DNA of 62,163 bases, from contig CAWGIE010000018.1 in assembly GCA_963822585.1 (NCBI GenBank), forward strand, positions 1 to 62,163, in the 5' to 3' direction. Shown here in pieces: positions 1 to 10,174 of the stretch. The position numbers and the translations under genes are program-made. Each line of letters begins with the position of its first letter. The stretch's first letter is position 1. This DNA comes from an uncultured bacterium. GTDB taxonomy: Bacteria > Auribacterota > Erginobacteria > Erginobacterales > Erginobacteraceae. The notes below the pieces were generated by a model. That model was given only the letters and a program-made list of their open reading frames with translations. It was not told the origin of the DNA and did not search any database.

Positions 1-53
1 GCCCCTGTGCCGTCCTGATATAGGTTGTCACATAGCATAAGGAGGAAGATGCT

Positions 54-455
54 ATGGGACAGACGGTGATAAGATACAGCGAGGCCTTTAAACGCCAGGT
101 TGTGGATGAGATAGAGAGGGGAAAACATGCTTCTCCCTTTAGCGCCCGGAAGACCTACCGGATAACGGGAGCCGGGACGGTGGAAAGATGGATACGCAAA
201 TATGGGAGAGAAGATCTACTGCCAAAGATACTGAGGGTAGAGAGCTTGAAAGAACGAGACGAGATTAAGGAAGCGCGCAAGCGGATTAAGAAGCTGGAGA
301 CAGCGTTAGCAGATGCTCACATTGATTGTTGTCTGGAACATTCATTTCTGGAGATAGCTTGTGAGCGAATGGGGGTCAGCCTGGAGGACTTTAAAAAAAA
401 GAACGCATTGACGCTGTCAGACGTACGGATGAGGCGAAACCTGCTGCAAGGGTGA
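54..455 (+). CDS. IS3-family transposase OrfA (HTH plus coiled coil)
   Basis: YSEAFKRQVV...TVERWIRKYG HTH signature; GGAGG RBS upstream. Confidence 0.9.
   Translation: MGQTVIRYSEAFKRQVVDEIERGKHASPFSARKTYRITGAGTVERWIRKYGREDLLPKILRVESLKERDEIKEARKRIKKLETALADAHIDCCLEHSFLEIACERMGVSLEDFKKKNALTLSDVRMRRNLLQG
383..401 (+). promoter_or_regulatory. Programmed -1 ribosomal frameshift signal (A AAA AAG with upstream SD-like GGAGG)
   Basis: GGAGG at 383-387 and A8G at 393-401 in the OrfA frame. The -1 frame is open from 401 into OrfB, the canonical IS3 OrfAB fusion arrangement. Confidence 0.85.
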
Positions 456-1273
456 GCATAGGGTTGTTATGCCGGAAAACCGGGATGAGCCGGCAGAACT
501 ATTACAAGGCGCATAGAAGGAGACGTAGACAAGCAATAGATGAAGGGCTGGTGGAAGAGCTGGTTCGATCTGAGCGGGCCGCACAACCGAGACTGGGAGG
601 TCGGAAGTTATATTTCATGTTGAAGCCTGAGCTGGAGGATGCGGGGGTATCGATTGGCAGGGACCGGTTCTTTGAGGCGCTGAGAACAAAGGAGTTACTA
701 CTGGAGTCTCTCCCCCCGGCTCCAAAGACGACGAACAGCAGGCATAGTCTACCGGTATTTAGAAACATCATTAAGGAGCTTGAGGTCATACGGCCCAATC
801 AGGTATGGGTAAGCGACATCACCTACATTCGAACACATGAGGGATTTGTGTACCTGAGTCTGATTACGGATAAGTATTCGCGCAAGATAGTCGGATATCA
901 TGTAGGAGAAACCCTGGCAACAGAAGAGTGTCTGAGAGCACTGGATAAGGCATTGGAGAGCAAACCGAAGAACGCGCGTATCATTCACCATTCTGATCGT
1001 GGATGCCAGTATTGTTCCCATATGTATGTAAAAAAGCTCCAAGAGCATGGGTTTGAAGTCAGCATGACCGAGGAAAATCGTTGTTATGAGAATGCGCTGG
1101 CAGAGCGGGTGAACGGAATCCTCAAACAGGAATATTGGTTGGGAGGCACATTACAGAGCAAAGAACAGGCACGGCGGGCGGTGGATGAAGCAATTGATTT
1201 GTATAATACCCGGCGCCCCCATACATCTTTGAACTATAAAACACCGGAACAGGTACACGCTCTGGCGGCGTAA
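452..1273 (+). CDS. IS3-family transposase OrfB (DDE/rve catalytic core)
   Basis: WVSDITYI, HHSDRGCQY and ENALAERVNGILKQE motifs; -1 frame relative to OrfA. Confidence 0.93.
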   Translation: MSIGLLCRKTGMSRQNYYKAHRRRRRQAIDEGLVEELVRSERAAQPRLGGRKLYFMLKPELEDAGVSIGRDRFFEALRTKELLLESLPPAPKTTNSRHSLPVFRNIIKELEVIRPNQVWVSDITYIRTHEGFVYLSLITDKYSRKIVGYHVGETLATEECLRALDKALESKPKNARIIHHSDRGCQYCSHMYVKKLQEHGFEVSMTEENRCYENALAERVNGILKQEYWLGGTLQSKEQARRAVDEAIDLYNTRRPHTSLNYKTPEQVHALAA

Positions 1274-1436
1274 ACGCGTCTTCACTCCTCCGGAGGAGGG
1301 AAGAGAGCTATCAGTGAGGAAAAAATAAAGGGTAGTACCCAGAAAAAAGTGACAACTTTAAATCAGGACGTGACATTTGCGTAATTCGTAGTCCCCAAAA
1401 GGGGGGGAGGTAGGGGTAATTCGCGAAATTCGTAGT

Positions 1437-2660
1437 TTAGTCCAGCGTATTCAGGGCCGGTTCCTTGGCCAAGGGCTGACCGGGGGGGGGTGGGCGGGGG
1501 GCGGCGGCTTCCGCCTGTTTCTTCCGGGCGGCGTCCTCCCGCCGTTTCCGGGAGAGAGCTTCGGTGTCGGTGGGATCGATATTCTTATACTTTATTTCGT
1601 AGTCGATCCCATTGGTGGTGACGATGATCGTATCGTCGCCGTGGCATTCCGCGGCGGGTTTCCCCTTGTCCATCCGGTCGGTCCGCCAGACCCGGCAGCC
1701 GTTGTCCTCATACCTCTTGATCACGCTCGCGTCGGGAAGCCCGTGCCGGTTTCCGGCGCAGATGATCCCCTCTTTCGCGCCCACCGCCTTGATGAAGGGG
1801 GTGGTGCTGGAGGTTTCGCTCCCGTGATGGGGGATCTTGATGATGGTTGATTTAAGCTGGTTCTTCTCCCCGTCGACATAATGGTCGAGCAGGTAGCGCT
1901 CCACCTTCAGCGGATGGTCGGGATCGTTATTGCCGTACGAGTCGGGGCGATATTTCCCTTCCTCATCCCCGGCGAAGAGGAAACTGACCAGGTTATAGTT
2001 CATCCGGATGACGATCGAGCTTTCGTTCACCGTATCCTCGGTGACCGCTGGGTTGCTATAGAGGATCTCCACCTCCAGTTCCTTCCCCCAGTCCAGCGGA
2101 AAGGGGACCGCCTGTCCGAGCGACTTCAGCCCGGGGATGGTGGCGATCCCGATGGCCGGTGAGTAGAAGGTGCTCCCCGGCTCGATCAGGGCCCGCCAGC
2201 AGAAAGCGCTGAAGGCAGTCCCCCCCGACTGGTATCCCGGGTCCAGGATCCGCTTCACCTTGTAGAGGTCAAGCATCCCGAACAGGCCCCGGTAGTGGTC
2301 GTTATGGGCGTGCGTATTGACCATCCATTCCACGACCGATCCGTATTTCAGGCCGAGAGGGGGAAGAATGTCCCCGATCCTCTGGGAACTGGGGCCGCCG
2401 TCGATCACGATATTATAGCCCTCGTACTTCCCGTTCCCCTTGATCCCGTCGTCCGCGGTCTTGATCCAGATGCAGTCCCCGTGCCCGACGTCGGCCACGG
2501 TCACCGTCAGGGGGGTGATAACCCCTTCTTCGACAGCCTTTAAAAGGGGACATCCGGCAGCCAGGAAAAAGACAAACAATAAAAAACCGAGTACGCCGAA
2601 TCTTCTTACCGGGGTCATGTATCTCTTCTCCGTGAGTTCTGAAAGCGAAAAATCTCTCAT
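1437..2660 (-). CDS. ComEC/Rec2-like MBL-fold metallo-hydrolase, probably a lipoprotein
   Basis: DVGHGDC, THAHNDH, FAGD and KIPHHGS motifs; hydrophobic N-terminus ending in LAAGC. Confidence 0.85.
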   Translation of the reverse strand: MRDFSLSELTEKRYMTPVRRFGVLGFLLFVFFLAAGCPLLKAVEEGVITPLTVTVADVGHGDCIWIKTADDGIKGNGKYEGYNIVIDGGPSSQRIGDILPPLGLKYGSVVEWMVNTHAHNDHYRGLFGMLDLYKVKRILDPGYQSGGTAFSAFCWRALIEPGSTFYSPAIGIATIPGLKSLGQAVPFPLDWGKELEVEILYSNPAVTEDTVNESSIVIRMNYNLVSFLFAGDEEGKYRPDSYGNNDPDHPLKVERYLLDHYVDGEKNQLKSTIIKIPHHGSETSSTTPFIKAVGAKEGIICAGNRHGLPDASVIKRYEDNGCRVWRTDRMDKGKPAAECHGDDTIIVTTNGIDYEIKYKNIDPTDTEALSRKRREDAARKKQAEAAAPRPPPPGQPLAKEPALNTLD

Positions 2661-2904
2661 ATCTTAAAATATACCACATATCCCGATTTATCCATCAATC
2701 GGGATCGTTGCGGAAGACAGGAAAAATACCGCCGGTGGCTTTGGGGCCTGATCCATGATATTTTTCTATCACTACAACCTACCTATATTATAATATACCA
2801 CCATATTTTTCCGTAAAAATCCGATTTTTATTCTTCGTGTCTTAGTGTCTTAGTGGTAAAGAATTGCGTAGAAGACGTCGCACAATTAAAAGGAGGAAAC
2901 CATT

Positions 2905-4131
2905 ATGGATCTGTTGATCAAGAACGCACGGCTCCGGAAAAAGGAAGGTACCTGGAATATCGCCGTCACGGACGGAAAAATCGAGGAAATCGCCCCCAAG
3001 ATTAACGGCAAAGCCGCGACCGAGCTCGATGCCGCTGGCAACCTGGTCACGGAATCATTCCTCAACGCCCATCTCCATCTTGACAAGGTCTACACCCTGA
3101 TGATGATGAGCGAGGACGCCCTGAAAGATTACCATGACGAAGGGATGGGGAAAGCGATGACCGCCATCGAAGCGGCCGCCAAGGTTAAAGATAACTATGA
3201 CGAGAAATGGATCCTCCCCAACGTGAGAAAGGCGGTGAAGCTGGCCGTCCTCAACGGCACCACTCACATCCGGGCCCTGGCCGACGTCGATACCAAAGCC
3301 AGGCTGGAGGGAGTCAAGGCGCTTTTGAAGGCCCGCGAGGAATTTAAGGGCATCGTCGAACTCCAGGTTGTCGCCTTCCCCCAGGACGGAGTGGTCCGGG
3401 AACCGGGCGCCGCCGCACTGGTCAGGGAAGCCATGGAATTGGGCGCCGATGTCGTGGGGGGAATCCCCTGGATCGAGTACACCGATGCCGACGAGCAGGA
3501 GCACATCAACCAGATGGTCGATCTCGCCGTCGCCTATGACAAGAACGTCTCCATGCTGGTCGATGACGCGGGCGATCCCGGTCTGCGGACACTGGAGATG
3601 TTGGCCCTGAAAACCATCGAAAAGGGCTGGGAGGGGCGCGTCCTCGCCCACCATGCCCGGGCCATGTGCATGTACCCGGAACCGTACTTCATGAAGCTGG
3701 TGGCTCTCTTAAAGAAGGCCCGGCTCGGTGTTGTCAGCGATCCTCACACGGGACCCCTGCACGCTCGGGTTAAAGAGATGTTGCGGGAAGGCGCTCTTGT
3801 CTGCCTGGGGCAGGACGATATTTCCGACGCCTATTATCCATACGGGCGGAACAACATGCTGGAGGTCGCTTTCCTCAACTCCCATCTCCTCTGGATGACC
3901 ACTAATGAGGACATGGAGACGCTCTATGACATGATCACGGTCGATGTAGCCGCGGCGATGGGTGTGGCCGATTTCGGGATGAAAGTGGGCAACGAGGCCA
4001 ACCTGGTCGTTCTTCAGGACGAAAGCGTTCTGGAAGCCTTCCGGAATCACCGGGAAGTGAAATACCTGATCAGCCACGGAAAACCGGTCGATCTGGACGC
4101 GATGCGGGACGAGGAGCCCGCCGGGCAATAA
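2905..4131 (+). CDS. Metal-dependent amidohydrolase, cytosine deaminase (CodA)/AtzC-like
   Basis: HLHLDK, VAFPQDG and GQDDISDAYYPYG motifs; strong AGGAGG RBS. Confidence 0.85.
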   Translation: MDLLIKNARLRKKEGTWNIAVTDGKIEEIAPKINGKAATELDAAGNLVTESFLNAHLHLDKVYTLMMMSEDALKDYHDEGMGKAMTAIEAAAKVKDNYDEKWILPNVRKAVKLAVLNGTTHIRALADVDTKARLEGVKALLKAREEFKGIVELQVVAFPQDGVVREPGAAALVREAMELGADVVGGIPWIEYTDADEQEHINQMVDLAVAYDKNVSMLVDDAGDPGLRTLEMLALKTIEKGWEGRVLAHHARAMCMYPEPYFMKLVALLKKARLGVVSDPHTGPLHARVKEMLREGALVCLGQDDISDAYYPYGRNNMLEVAFLNSHLLWMTTNEDMETLYDMITVDVAAAMGVADFGMKVGNEANLVVLQDESVLEAFRNHREVKYLISHGKPVDLDAMRDEEPAGQ

Positions 4132-4166
4132 TCTCCGGGAATTTTTCTCGGAAAAATTTTATTAGA

Positions 4167-5606
4167 ATGAGTCCTTTTTCTCATTTCGCGGTCATATCAA
4201 CCGCCTACTTGCTCTTTCTGGCCGGGTGCGGCGGCGACGTAGACAACAGCCCGGGGCGGCCCGGCGCGGGAGCGGCCGCGAACGGCCGCAGCGAGATCCT
4301 CCAGGCACGGGGGTTGCTCGCCGCTGGACGGACGGCCGAAGCCGAGGCCGTCTTTCGAAAAGTACGGGAAAAGAATCCCGGATCCGACGAGGCGGCCGCC
4401 GGTCTCTGCCGGATCTGCCTTCTCACCGGCCGCAATGCCGAAGCAATCCGCTTTGGCGAGGAGGCGGTCCGCCTCAATGCGACGCTGGCCGACACCTGGG
4501 AAGATCTGGGAACCGCCCAGACCCGGGAAGGGCGGCTGGAAGACGCCGTCTGGTCTTTCCGGAAGGCCACCCAGCTTGCCCCGGAGAACGCATCCTACCG
4601 CAATGAACTGGGGGTGTCTCTGGGGAAATTAAACATCTTCGACGAGTCGATCGCCGCCTTCACCGAAGCCCTCCGTCTCCGGCCCCATTACCCGGAAGCG
4701 CTCAATAACCTGGGCATGGCCTACCTGCAGAAAAATGACCCGGCGGAGGCCGAAAAATGGCTGCGGAAAGCCGTCCAGCTGAACCCCGACTACGCCAAAG
4801 GCCATCTCAACCTCGGACTCATCCTCCAGGACCTGGGAAAAACCGAGCAGGCTCTGGATGAGTTCCGGCGGGCTCTCAGCCTCGATCCGGATCTGAACCT
4901 GGCCGCCGTATTTTCCGGCACCATCTATTTCCAGGAAGGCCGTTTTGAAGAAGCGAAAAAGGTATTCCATTCCATCATCGAGCGGGACCCTGAATTCGCT
5001 CCGGCCTACATCCGTCTGGGAGAGATCGCGTTCCAGCAGAATAACCCGGATGAGGCGATCCGGCTCCTGGAGAAAGCGGTCGCCCTGGCCCCCCGGGAGG
5101 CCGCGTCTTACGACTTGTTGGGAAAAGCCCGGATGGCAAAGGGGGAATACGAACTGGCCGCCACCTCCTTCCTCTGGGCTCTGAAACTGGAACCCGACCA
5201 CGCCCCCTACTATCGGCACGCCGGGGAACTTTTCCTGGCCCAGGACCGCTTGAAGGAGGCGGAAAGCGCTCTCACCCGGGCCACCGAACTCGATCCAAAC
5301 GATGCCGAGGCTTATCTCGATCTCGGCCGGCTGCGGCTCCGCTCCCGGGATACCGTCGAGGCTAGATCGTTTTTTGAAAAGGCCGCCGACCTGGACCCGG
5401 AGGGGAAGACGGGGCAGCTGGCGGGGGAGGGACTGAAACAGCTCGACGGTACCCCCGAATTGCCTCCCGAGGAAGGCGCCGGGAGGGGAGAACATTTTTT
5501 TGAAACCATCTTTCGGGAGATCAATCTCTCCCCCTCGCCTTCCCCCGCCCCCTCCCCGGTCAATCAGGGGAAAGAGGAAAACCCGGAGCCGACCAAACAA
5601 CCCTAA
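4167..5606 (+). CDS. Tetratricopeptide-repeat lipoprotein
   Basis: Lipobox FLAGC; about 10 TPR-like units (e.g. ALNNLGMAY, GHLNLGLIL); Pro-rich tail. Confidence 0.85.
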   Translation: MSPFSHFAVISTAYLLFLAGCGGDVDNSPGRPGAGAAANGRSEILQARGLLAAGRTAEAEAVFRKVREKNPGSDEAAAGLCRICLLTGRNAEAIRFGEEAVRLNATLADTWEDLGTAQTREGRLEDAVWSFRKATQLAPENASYRNELGVSLGKLNIFDESIAAFTEALRLRPHYPEALNNLGMAYLQKNDPAEAEKWLRKAVQLNPDYAKGHLNLGLILQDLGKTEQALDEFRRALSLDPDLNLAAVFSGTIYFQEGRFEEAKKVFHSIIERDPEFAPAYIRLGEIAFQQNNPDEAIRLLEKAVALAPREAASYDLLGKARMAKGEYELAATSFLWALKLEPDHAPYYRHAGELFLAQDRLKEAESALTRATELDPNDAEAYLDLGRLRLRSRDTVEARSFFEKAADLDPEGKTGQLAGEGLKQLDGTPELPPEEGAGRGEHFFETIFREINLSPSPSPAPSPVNQGKEENPEPTKQP

Positions 5607-5777
5607 CGTTGACTGTCAGCAATATACTTAGCCCTCGCTTCGCTCGGGCGACTAAATAAAACTGCGAATTACGCCCCCGATTAAAGCTTCGGGGCGGAGA
5701 AATTACACGAATTTTCTTTAAAATATCCCTGCACTGTCGGTTCAATGCTTGCACATTCTTATTTTTTTCGGCCTCCC

Positions 5778-5859
5778 CCGAAGTATTAATCGGGGTAGAA
5801 TAAATAAGATTATTGTGCGCCAGAGGCGCATCAGCCTCAGGCTGAAAATTCCGAAGCAG
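5778..5859. repeat. Dispersed ~85-bp multi-hairpin repeat, copy 1 (copy 2 at 50886-50970)
   Basis: Shared CCGAAGTATTAATCG...AAATAAGATTATTGTGCGCC(A/G)GAGGCGCA...AAATT(C/T)CGAAGCAG. Confidence 0.8.
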
Positions 5860-6006
5860 GAACTTAGCGCTCCACGCTCACTTTAGGTAGTCGCACCCTT
5901 CAGGGTGCGGGGGATTTGGGATAACGGTATAGCAGAGAATGAAGTATTATGTCCCTGAAATACCACCGAAACCATTGTTGTCATTATTCAAAACAAGGAG
6001 ATTACG

Positions 6007-6822
6007 ATGAAGATTGAAGAGTTTTTGAAGTTCATGAACTCGGTCAATGTCTACGATCTGACGATGCCCCTGAGCGTGCACACCCCTCCCTGGCCCAGCT
6101 ACATGCCTCTTCAGATCCAGTACTTTAAGCGAATCGCCGGCTGCTTCGGCGGCGGCCCGGGCGCGAACGGCCAGGTGATCAAAATGAGCAACCACGTCGG
6201 CACCCATATGGACGGGGAGATTCACTTCTACGGAGCCGGACGGCCCATCGGGAAGGTCCCCATCCGGGAATGGATCGGCAGCGGCGTGGTGGTGGACATC
6301 TCGAAAGAGGTCTCGGATTACAGCCTTTATACCCCGGAACTGCTAATGAGCAAGGCCGATATCCGGAAAGGCGACATCCTGATCATCAACACCGGCTATC
6401 ATATCTTCGACTGGACCCACAAAACCGCCGATGAGGTGCGCTATATGGTCATGCACCCGGGACCGGGACCCGGCTTCGACAAGTGGTGCGCGAAGATGAA
6501 ATTCAAGTGGATCGGCGTCGACTGCGGGAGCGCCGACCATCCCATGAACACCATTATCCGCAAGTGGCAGCCGGACCATTTCGCCCGGGCCGAGGAAAAA
6601 CTCGAAAAGGAGTACGGGAAGGAATGGGATGAGCTGTTCCCTCCCGACTATTACTACCAGGTGATGCACCTCAAACTATTTCCGAAGAGGATCGTCCACG
6701 CCGAGTGCCTGGGAGGCGACATCGACAAGCTCAGCAACCGGCGGTGCTGGATCGGGGCATTCCCCTGGCGGGCGGTGGAGATGGAATCCTGCGGCTGCCG
6801 GATTATCGCCATGACCCCGTAA
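6007..6822 (+). CDS. Cyclase-family metal-dependent hydrolase (KynB-like)
   Basis: HVGTHMD motif, GVDCGSADH, C-terminal CRIIA; AAGGAG RBS. Confidence 0.88.
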   Translation: MKIEEFLKFMNSVNVYDLTMPLSVHTPPWPSYMPLQIQYFKRIAGCFGGGPGANGQVIKMSNHVGTHMDGEIHFYGAGRPIGKVPIREWIGSGVVVDISKEVSDYSLYTPELLMSKADIRKGDILIINTGYHIFDWTHKTADEVRYMVMHPGPGPGFDKWCAKMKFKWIGVDCGSADHPMNTIIRKWQPDHFARAEEKLEKEYGKEWDELFPPDYYYQVMHLKLFPKRIVHAECLGGDIDKLSNRRCWIGAFPWRAVEMESCGCRIIAMTP

Positions 6823-6823
6823 C

Positions 6824-6896
6824 GCGCAGAGCGCATAGCGCATAGAGCATAGAGCCCGCTCCTGACGCTATGCGCTATGCTCTATGCTCTATGCGC
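6824..6896. repeat. Inverted array of 7-bp units (GCATAGM / KCTATGC)
   Basis: GCGCAGAGCGCATAGCGCATAGAGCATAGAGC followed by the complementary GCTATGCGCTATGCTCTATGCTCTATGCGC. Confidence 0.8.
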
Positions 6897-8720
6897 CCTG
6901 TACCACGATATTTCATTCACGTCCTTTTGCTCCTCCTGGTCGGGACCATTGTCTACTGGAACTCCCTCGGCAACTCGTTCGTCTATGACGACGAGGTCAC
7001 GGTGAAGGAGAATCTCTTCATCCGGGACTGGAAGAATCTCGGGCGCTTTTTCTCCCGGGATTACTACCTCCGTTCCGAAGAGTATTCCTTCCGGCCGCTG
7101 GTCACCCTCACCTATTTCTGCGACTACTCCCTCTCCGGGGAAAATCCGGAGGGATATCATCTCTCCAATCTCATTCTCCATCTCCTGGCCGGGCTCGCCT
7201 TCTTCTACCTGGCAAAAAATATTTTCGGGAGGCGCGAGAGCGCTTTGCTGGCGGCACTGATCTTTCTCATCCATCCGGTCCAGACCGAGGCGGTCTGCGG
7301 GATTTCTTTCCGGGAAGACCTCCTCTGCTGTCTTTTCTTTTCCCTCTCACTACTGACGTACGTCAGTAGTGAGAGGGAAAAGAAAAGAGTGTATCAAACT
7401 GACCCGGTGCCCCCAAATACGCTACGATCAAATAATAATCCAATATCTTATTCTCTTTCGCTTCTTTTCTTCATTCTGGCACTTCTCTCCAAAGAGATGG
7501 CGGTTACCCTTCCCCTGGCCGTTGTCGCTTACGAGATGATGATACGGAGAGAACGGTTGACCGTTGTCTTCCGGCCAAGAATCATCATTCTTTTCCTCAT
7601 CTCCGGAATCTATATCGCCGCCCGGTTCCTCCTCCTCTACCAGCGGGGTACCCTGCCGGCCGCCCCGGAATTCGGCAATATCATTACCCGTCTCTTTTTA
7701 ATCTTCAAGGGAGCGGGTCTTTACGGCCGGCTCGTTTTCTTTCCGGTCAACCTGACGGTTGAATACCCCGATCCGCTGCCGTCGATCATCTGGTCCGGCT
7801 ATCTCCTTCTTCCCGCGCTGCTGACGGCGATTTTTCTCCTGGCGGTCTGGATCAGGGGGGGGAAACGGACGGGGAAATTCGGACTGGCGTTTTTTGTCCT
7901 GACACTGCTGCCGGTGCTGAACCTGATCCCGAATTCCCGCATGGGCGCGGAGCGGTTCGCCTATCTGCCCCTGTGCGGTTTTTCGCTCTGGGCGGCGGGG
8001 TCGTTAACCGCTTTCCTGGCCATTCCCGGAAAGAAGACGCTCACCCGGGGGGCGGTCGGACTGCTCCTGCTGGCGCTGGCGGCGGGAACAGTCAGCCGGA
8101 ACCGGGATTGGAAGGACAATTTCGTTCTTTTTACCCGCGCGGTCGAGGACAGCCCGCTGAGTTCCAAAGCGCATCACGGCCTGGGCAACGAATACTTTCA
8201 CCGGGGAAAGCCGACCGCGGCGGCGGTGGAATTCCGTAAAGCCATCGCCATTTTCAACCGGGAACCGCTCTTCTACAACAGCCTGGGGGTGGCTTACGGA
8301 GAACTAGGAGAGTTCGAGCAGGCGCTGGCCCAGTTCGAGACCAGCGCCCGGCTCAACCCGGGAGATCCCCTGGTGCGGATGAACCTGAGCACGCTCTACC
8401 TTCGCACGGGGAACACGGCTCTGGCTCTCCAGGAAATACAAAAATACATCGCCGCCCGACCCTACGATCCGGCCGGCTACCTCAACCGGGGGGAGATCCT
8501 CCTTCAGACCGGCGGTTACCGGCAAGCCCTCGAATCGTACCGGGAAGCCCTGGTTCGCGACCCTGACTCCATCGCCGCCAGCACCGGCATCGGCTACTGC
8601 TACTACCGTCTGGGAGAGCCGGATCAGGCCCGGCTTTACTGGGAGCGGGCGCTGGGAAAGGACCCCGGCAACCCCGACCTGAGACGGTACCTGGAAATAC
8701 TCTCCGGTCATACTCCTTGA
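6891..8720 (+). CDS. TMTC/DUF1736-like membrane glycosyltransferase with C-terminal TPRs
   Basis: FVYDD, RPL, HPVQTEAV, SKEMA and AERFAYLP motifs, many TM segments, TPR tail. The start is uncertain because the upstream ATGs from 6870 come from the repeat. Confidence 0.82.
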   Translation: MRPVPRYFIHVLLLLLVGTIVYWNSLGNSFVYDDEVTVKENLFIRDWKNLGRFFSRDYYLRSEEYSFRPLVTLTYFCDYSLSGENPEGYHLSNLILHLLAGLAFFYLAKNIFGRRESALLAALIFLIHPVQTEAVCGISFREDLLCCLFFSLSLLTYVSSEREKKRVYQTDPVPPNTLRSNNNPISYSLSLLFFILALLSKEMAVTLPLAVVAYEMMIRRERLTVVFRPRIIILFLISGIYIAARFLLLYQRGTLPAAPEFGNIITRLFLIFKGAGLYGRLVFFPVNLTVEYPDPLPSIIWSGYLLLPALLTAIFLLAVWIRGGKRTGKFGLAFFVLTLLPVLNLIPNSRMGAERFAYLPLCGFSLWAAGSLTAFLAIPGKKTLTRGAVGLLLLALAAGTVSRNRDWKDNFVLFTRAVEDSPLSSKAHHGLGNEYFHRGKPTAAAVEFRKAIAIFNREPLFYNSLGVAYGELGEFEQALAQFETSARLNPGDPLVRMNLSTLYLRTGNTALALQEIQKYIAARPYDPAGYLNRGEILLQTGGYRQALESYREALVRDPDSIAASTGIGYCYYRLGEPDQARLYWERALGKDPGNPDLRRYLEILSGHTP

Positions 8721-8764
8721 TTAAGCAGGCCATCACCAAGACAGGGGAGTACGCAAATAGACAG

Positions 8765-8848
8765 GGAGTGATGGAATAATGGAGTGTTGGAGTAATGAGC
8801 GAATCCCCGGCGGCCGGATATCCAGCACTCCATCACTCCAGTACTCCA
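8765..8848. repeat. Inverted array of 8-bp units (TGGAGTRN / NYACTCCA), copy 1 (copy 2 at 24885-24966)
   Basis: GGAGTGATGGAATAATGGAGTGTTGGAGTAATG ... TCCAGCACTCCATCACTCCAGTACTCCA. Confidence 0.8.
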
Positions 8849-8936
8849 CTACCCCCGTTTGCTTTCCTGCTTGATACCGAAGCTGAAATAGTATATTTTT
8901 CCCAAAAATAACTTTCACTGGGAGGTGTATAAAGCC

Positions 8937-9674
8937 ATGGCTGAAAAACAATATCATATCGATCTGGCGCCCGGGGATGTGGGAAGATACGTTCTTCTCC
9001 CCGGGGATCCGGGACGCTCGGAAAAGATTTCCCACTATTTTGATAACCCCCGGGAAATGGCCTTCAAACGCGAGTTCAGGACCTTTACCGGGACCGTGGA
9101 GGGGATCAAGGTCTCCGTCACCTCGACCGGCATCGGCTGCCCCTCGGCGGCGATCGCCCTCGAGGAACTGATCAAGATCGGGGCGGATACCTTCATCAGG
9201 GTGGGAACCGCCGGATCGCTCCAGGAGGAAGTCGACATCGGGCACCTGGCCATCGCCACCGGGGCAATCCGGGAAGAGGGGACGACCCGCCAGTATATTC
9301 CTCTCTCCTACCCCGCCGTCTCCGATCCCGACGTTCTCTTCGCCCTCCGGCAGGCCGCCGAAGAACTCGGGTACCCCTGGCATCTCGGCATCACCCACTG
9401 CAAGGACGCCTTCTATTCCGAAGAGAAGGGATACGCCGCCCAGCAAGAGGTCAACGAAGAGCTCTGGAAGACCTGGCTCCGGGCCAACGTTATCTCCACC
9501 TCGATGGAGGAAGCCGCCCTCTTCGTGATCGGGTCGCTCCGGAAAGTCCGGGTAGGCGCCCTGGCGACCATCATCGGGCAGACCTGGGCCGGGAAGCCGA
9601 TCGTGAAATCGGTCGACCCGGAGAACGCGATCCGCACCGCCCTGAAGGCGTTCACGATCCTGGACGGCAAATAA
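8937..9674 (+). CDS. udp: Uridine/nucleoside phosphorylase (PNP_UDP_1 family)
   Basis: QYHI, LLPGDPGR, STGIGCPS, FIRVGTAG and SMEEA motifs; GGAGG RBS. Confidence 0.8.
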   Translation: MAEKQYHIDLAPGDVGRYVLLPGDPGRSEKISHYFDNPREMAFKREFRTFTGTVEGIKVSVTSTGIGCPSAAIALEELIKIGADTFIRVGTAGSLQEEVDIGHLAIATGAIREEGTTRQYIPLSYPAVSDPDVLFALRQAAEELGYPWHLGITHCKDAFYSEEKGYAAQQEVNEELWKTWLRANVISTSMEEAALFVIGSLRKVRVGALATIIGQTWAGKPIVKSVDPENAIRTALKAFTILDGK

Positions 9675-9711
9675 CCGGCTTTTCTTTTCGCCGCGCGGTT
9701 CCTTCCCGGAC

Positions 9712-10174
9712 ATGGAAGAGCTGAAAGACAAGATCCTCTCCTGGATCGAGCAAACCCTCGTCAAGAGCAACGACTTCTTTTTGCCTCTCAAGAAGCTGCG
9801 AAAGAACCTGGTCACCGGCCTTACCGTCCCGGTTCCGTCTCTGGAAGAAATGGCCGGCTGGCTGGAAGAAGACGAACGTTTCGACCTTCTGCCCGAGCCG
9901 GAAGATCTGGGGTTTCTTCCCTCCGGCCCGGCGGAGGAGATGGAACGGCTGGGCTTTTTTGACGGCCCCCGGGTCGGTCTCCGGTCCCGACGCCCGACGC
10001 CGGCGAGATCGCCCGCAGGTCGAGGAACAGGCCATCCGGCTTCTGGGAGCCATCCAGCAAGGGTATGCCTCCGGGAAGATTGACGAGGCCGCTTTCGAGC
10101 AGATCGCGGACCGGCTGACGGAGTTTCTTCGGCGTGCCCGGGAATCTCAGAAGGACGAGAAATCCGAACGTTGA
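9712..10174 (+). CDS. Hypothetical protein, frameshifted near 10000-10020
   Basis: The N-terminal half of ORF 9712 and the C-terminal half of ORF 9959 join into one plausible helical protein (...RRPTP / QVEEQAIRLL...). Confidence 0.55.

Larger units (their letters stand above)
6..1375 (+). mobile_element. IS3-family insertion sequence, complete (~1370 bp)
   Basis: Imperfect terminal inverted repeats TGTGCCGTCCTGATATAGGTTGTCAC (6-31) and GTGACAACTTTAAATCAGGACGTGACA (1349-1375) with TG...CA ends, enclosing orfA and orfB. No target duplication is visible (GCCCC / TTTGC). Confidence 0.93.

Noticed and set aside
1437..2660. Anti-phage MBL nuclease or a full ComEC competence channel
   Set aside because: It has only the MBL domain with a lipoprotein-like signal, no multi-TM competence domain, and no defence-gene partners.
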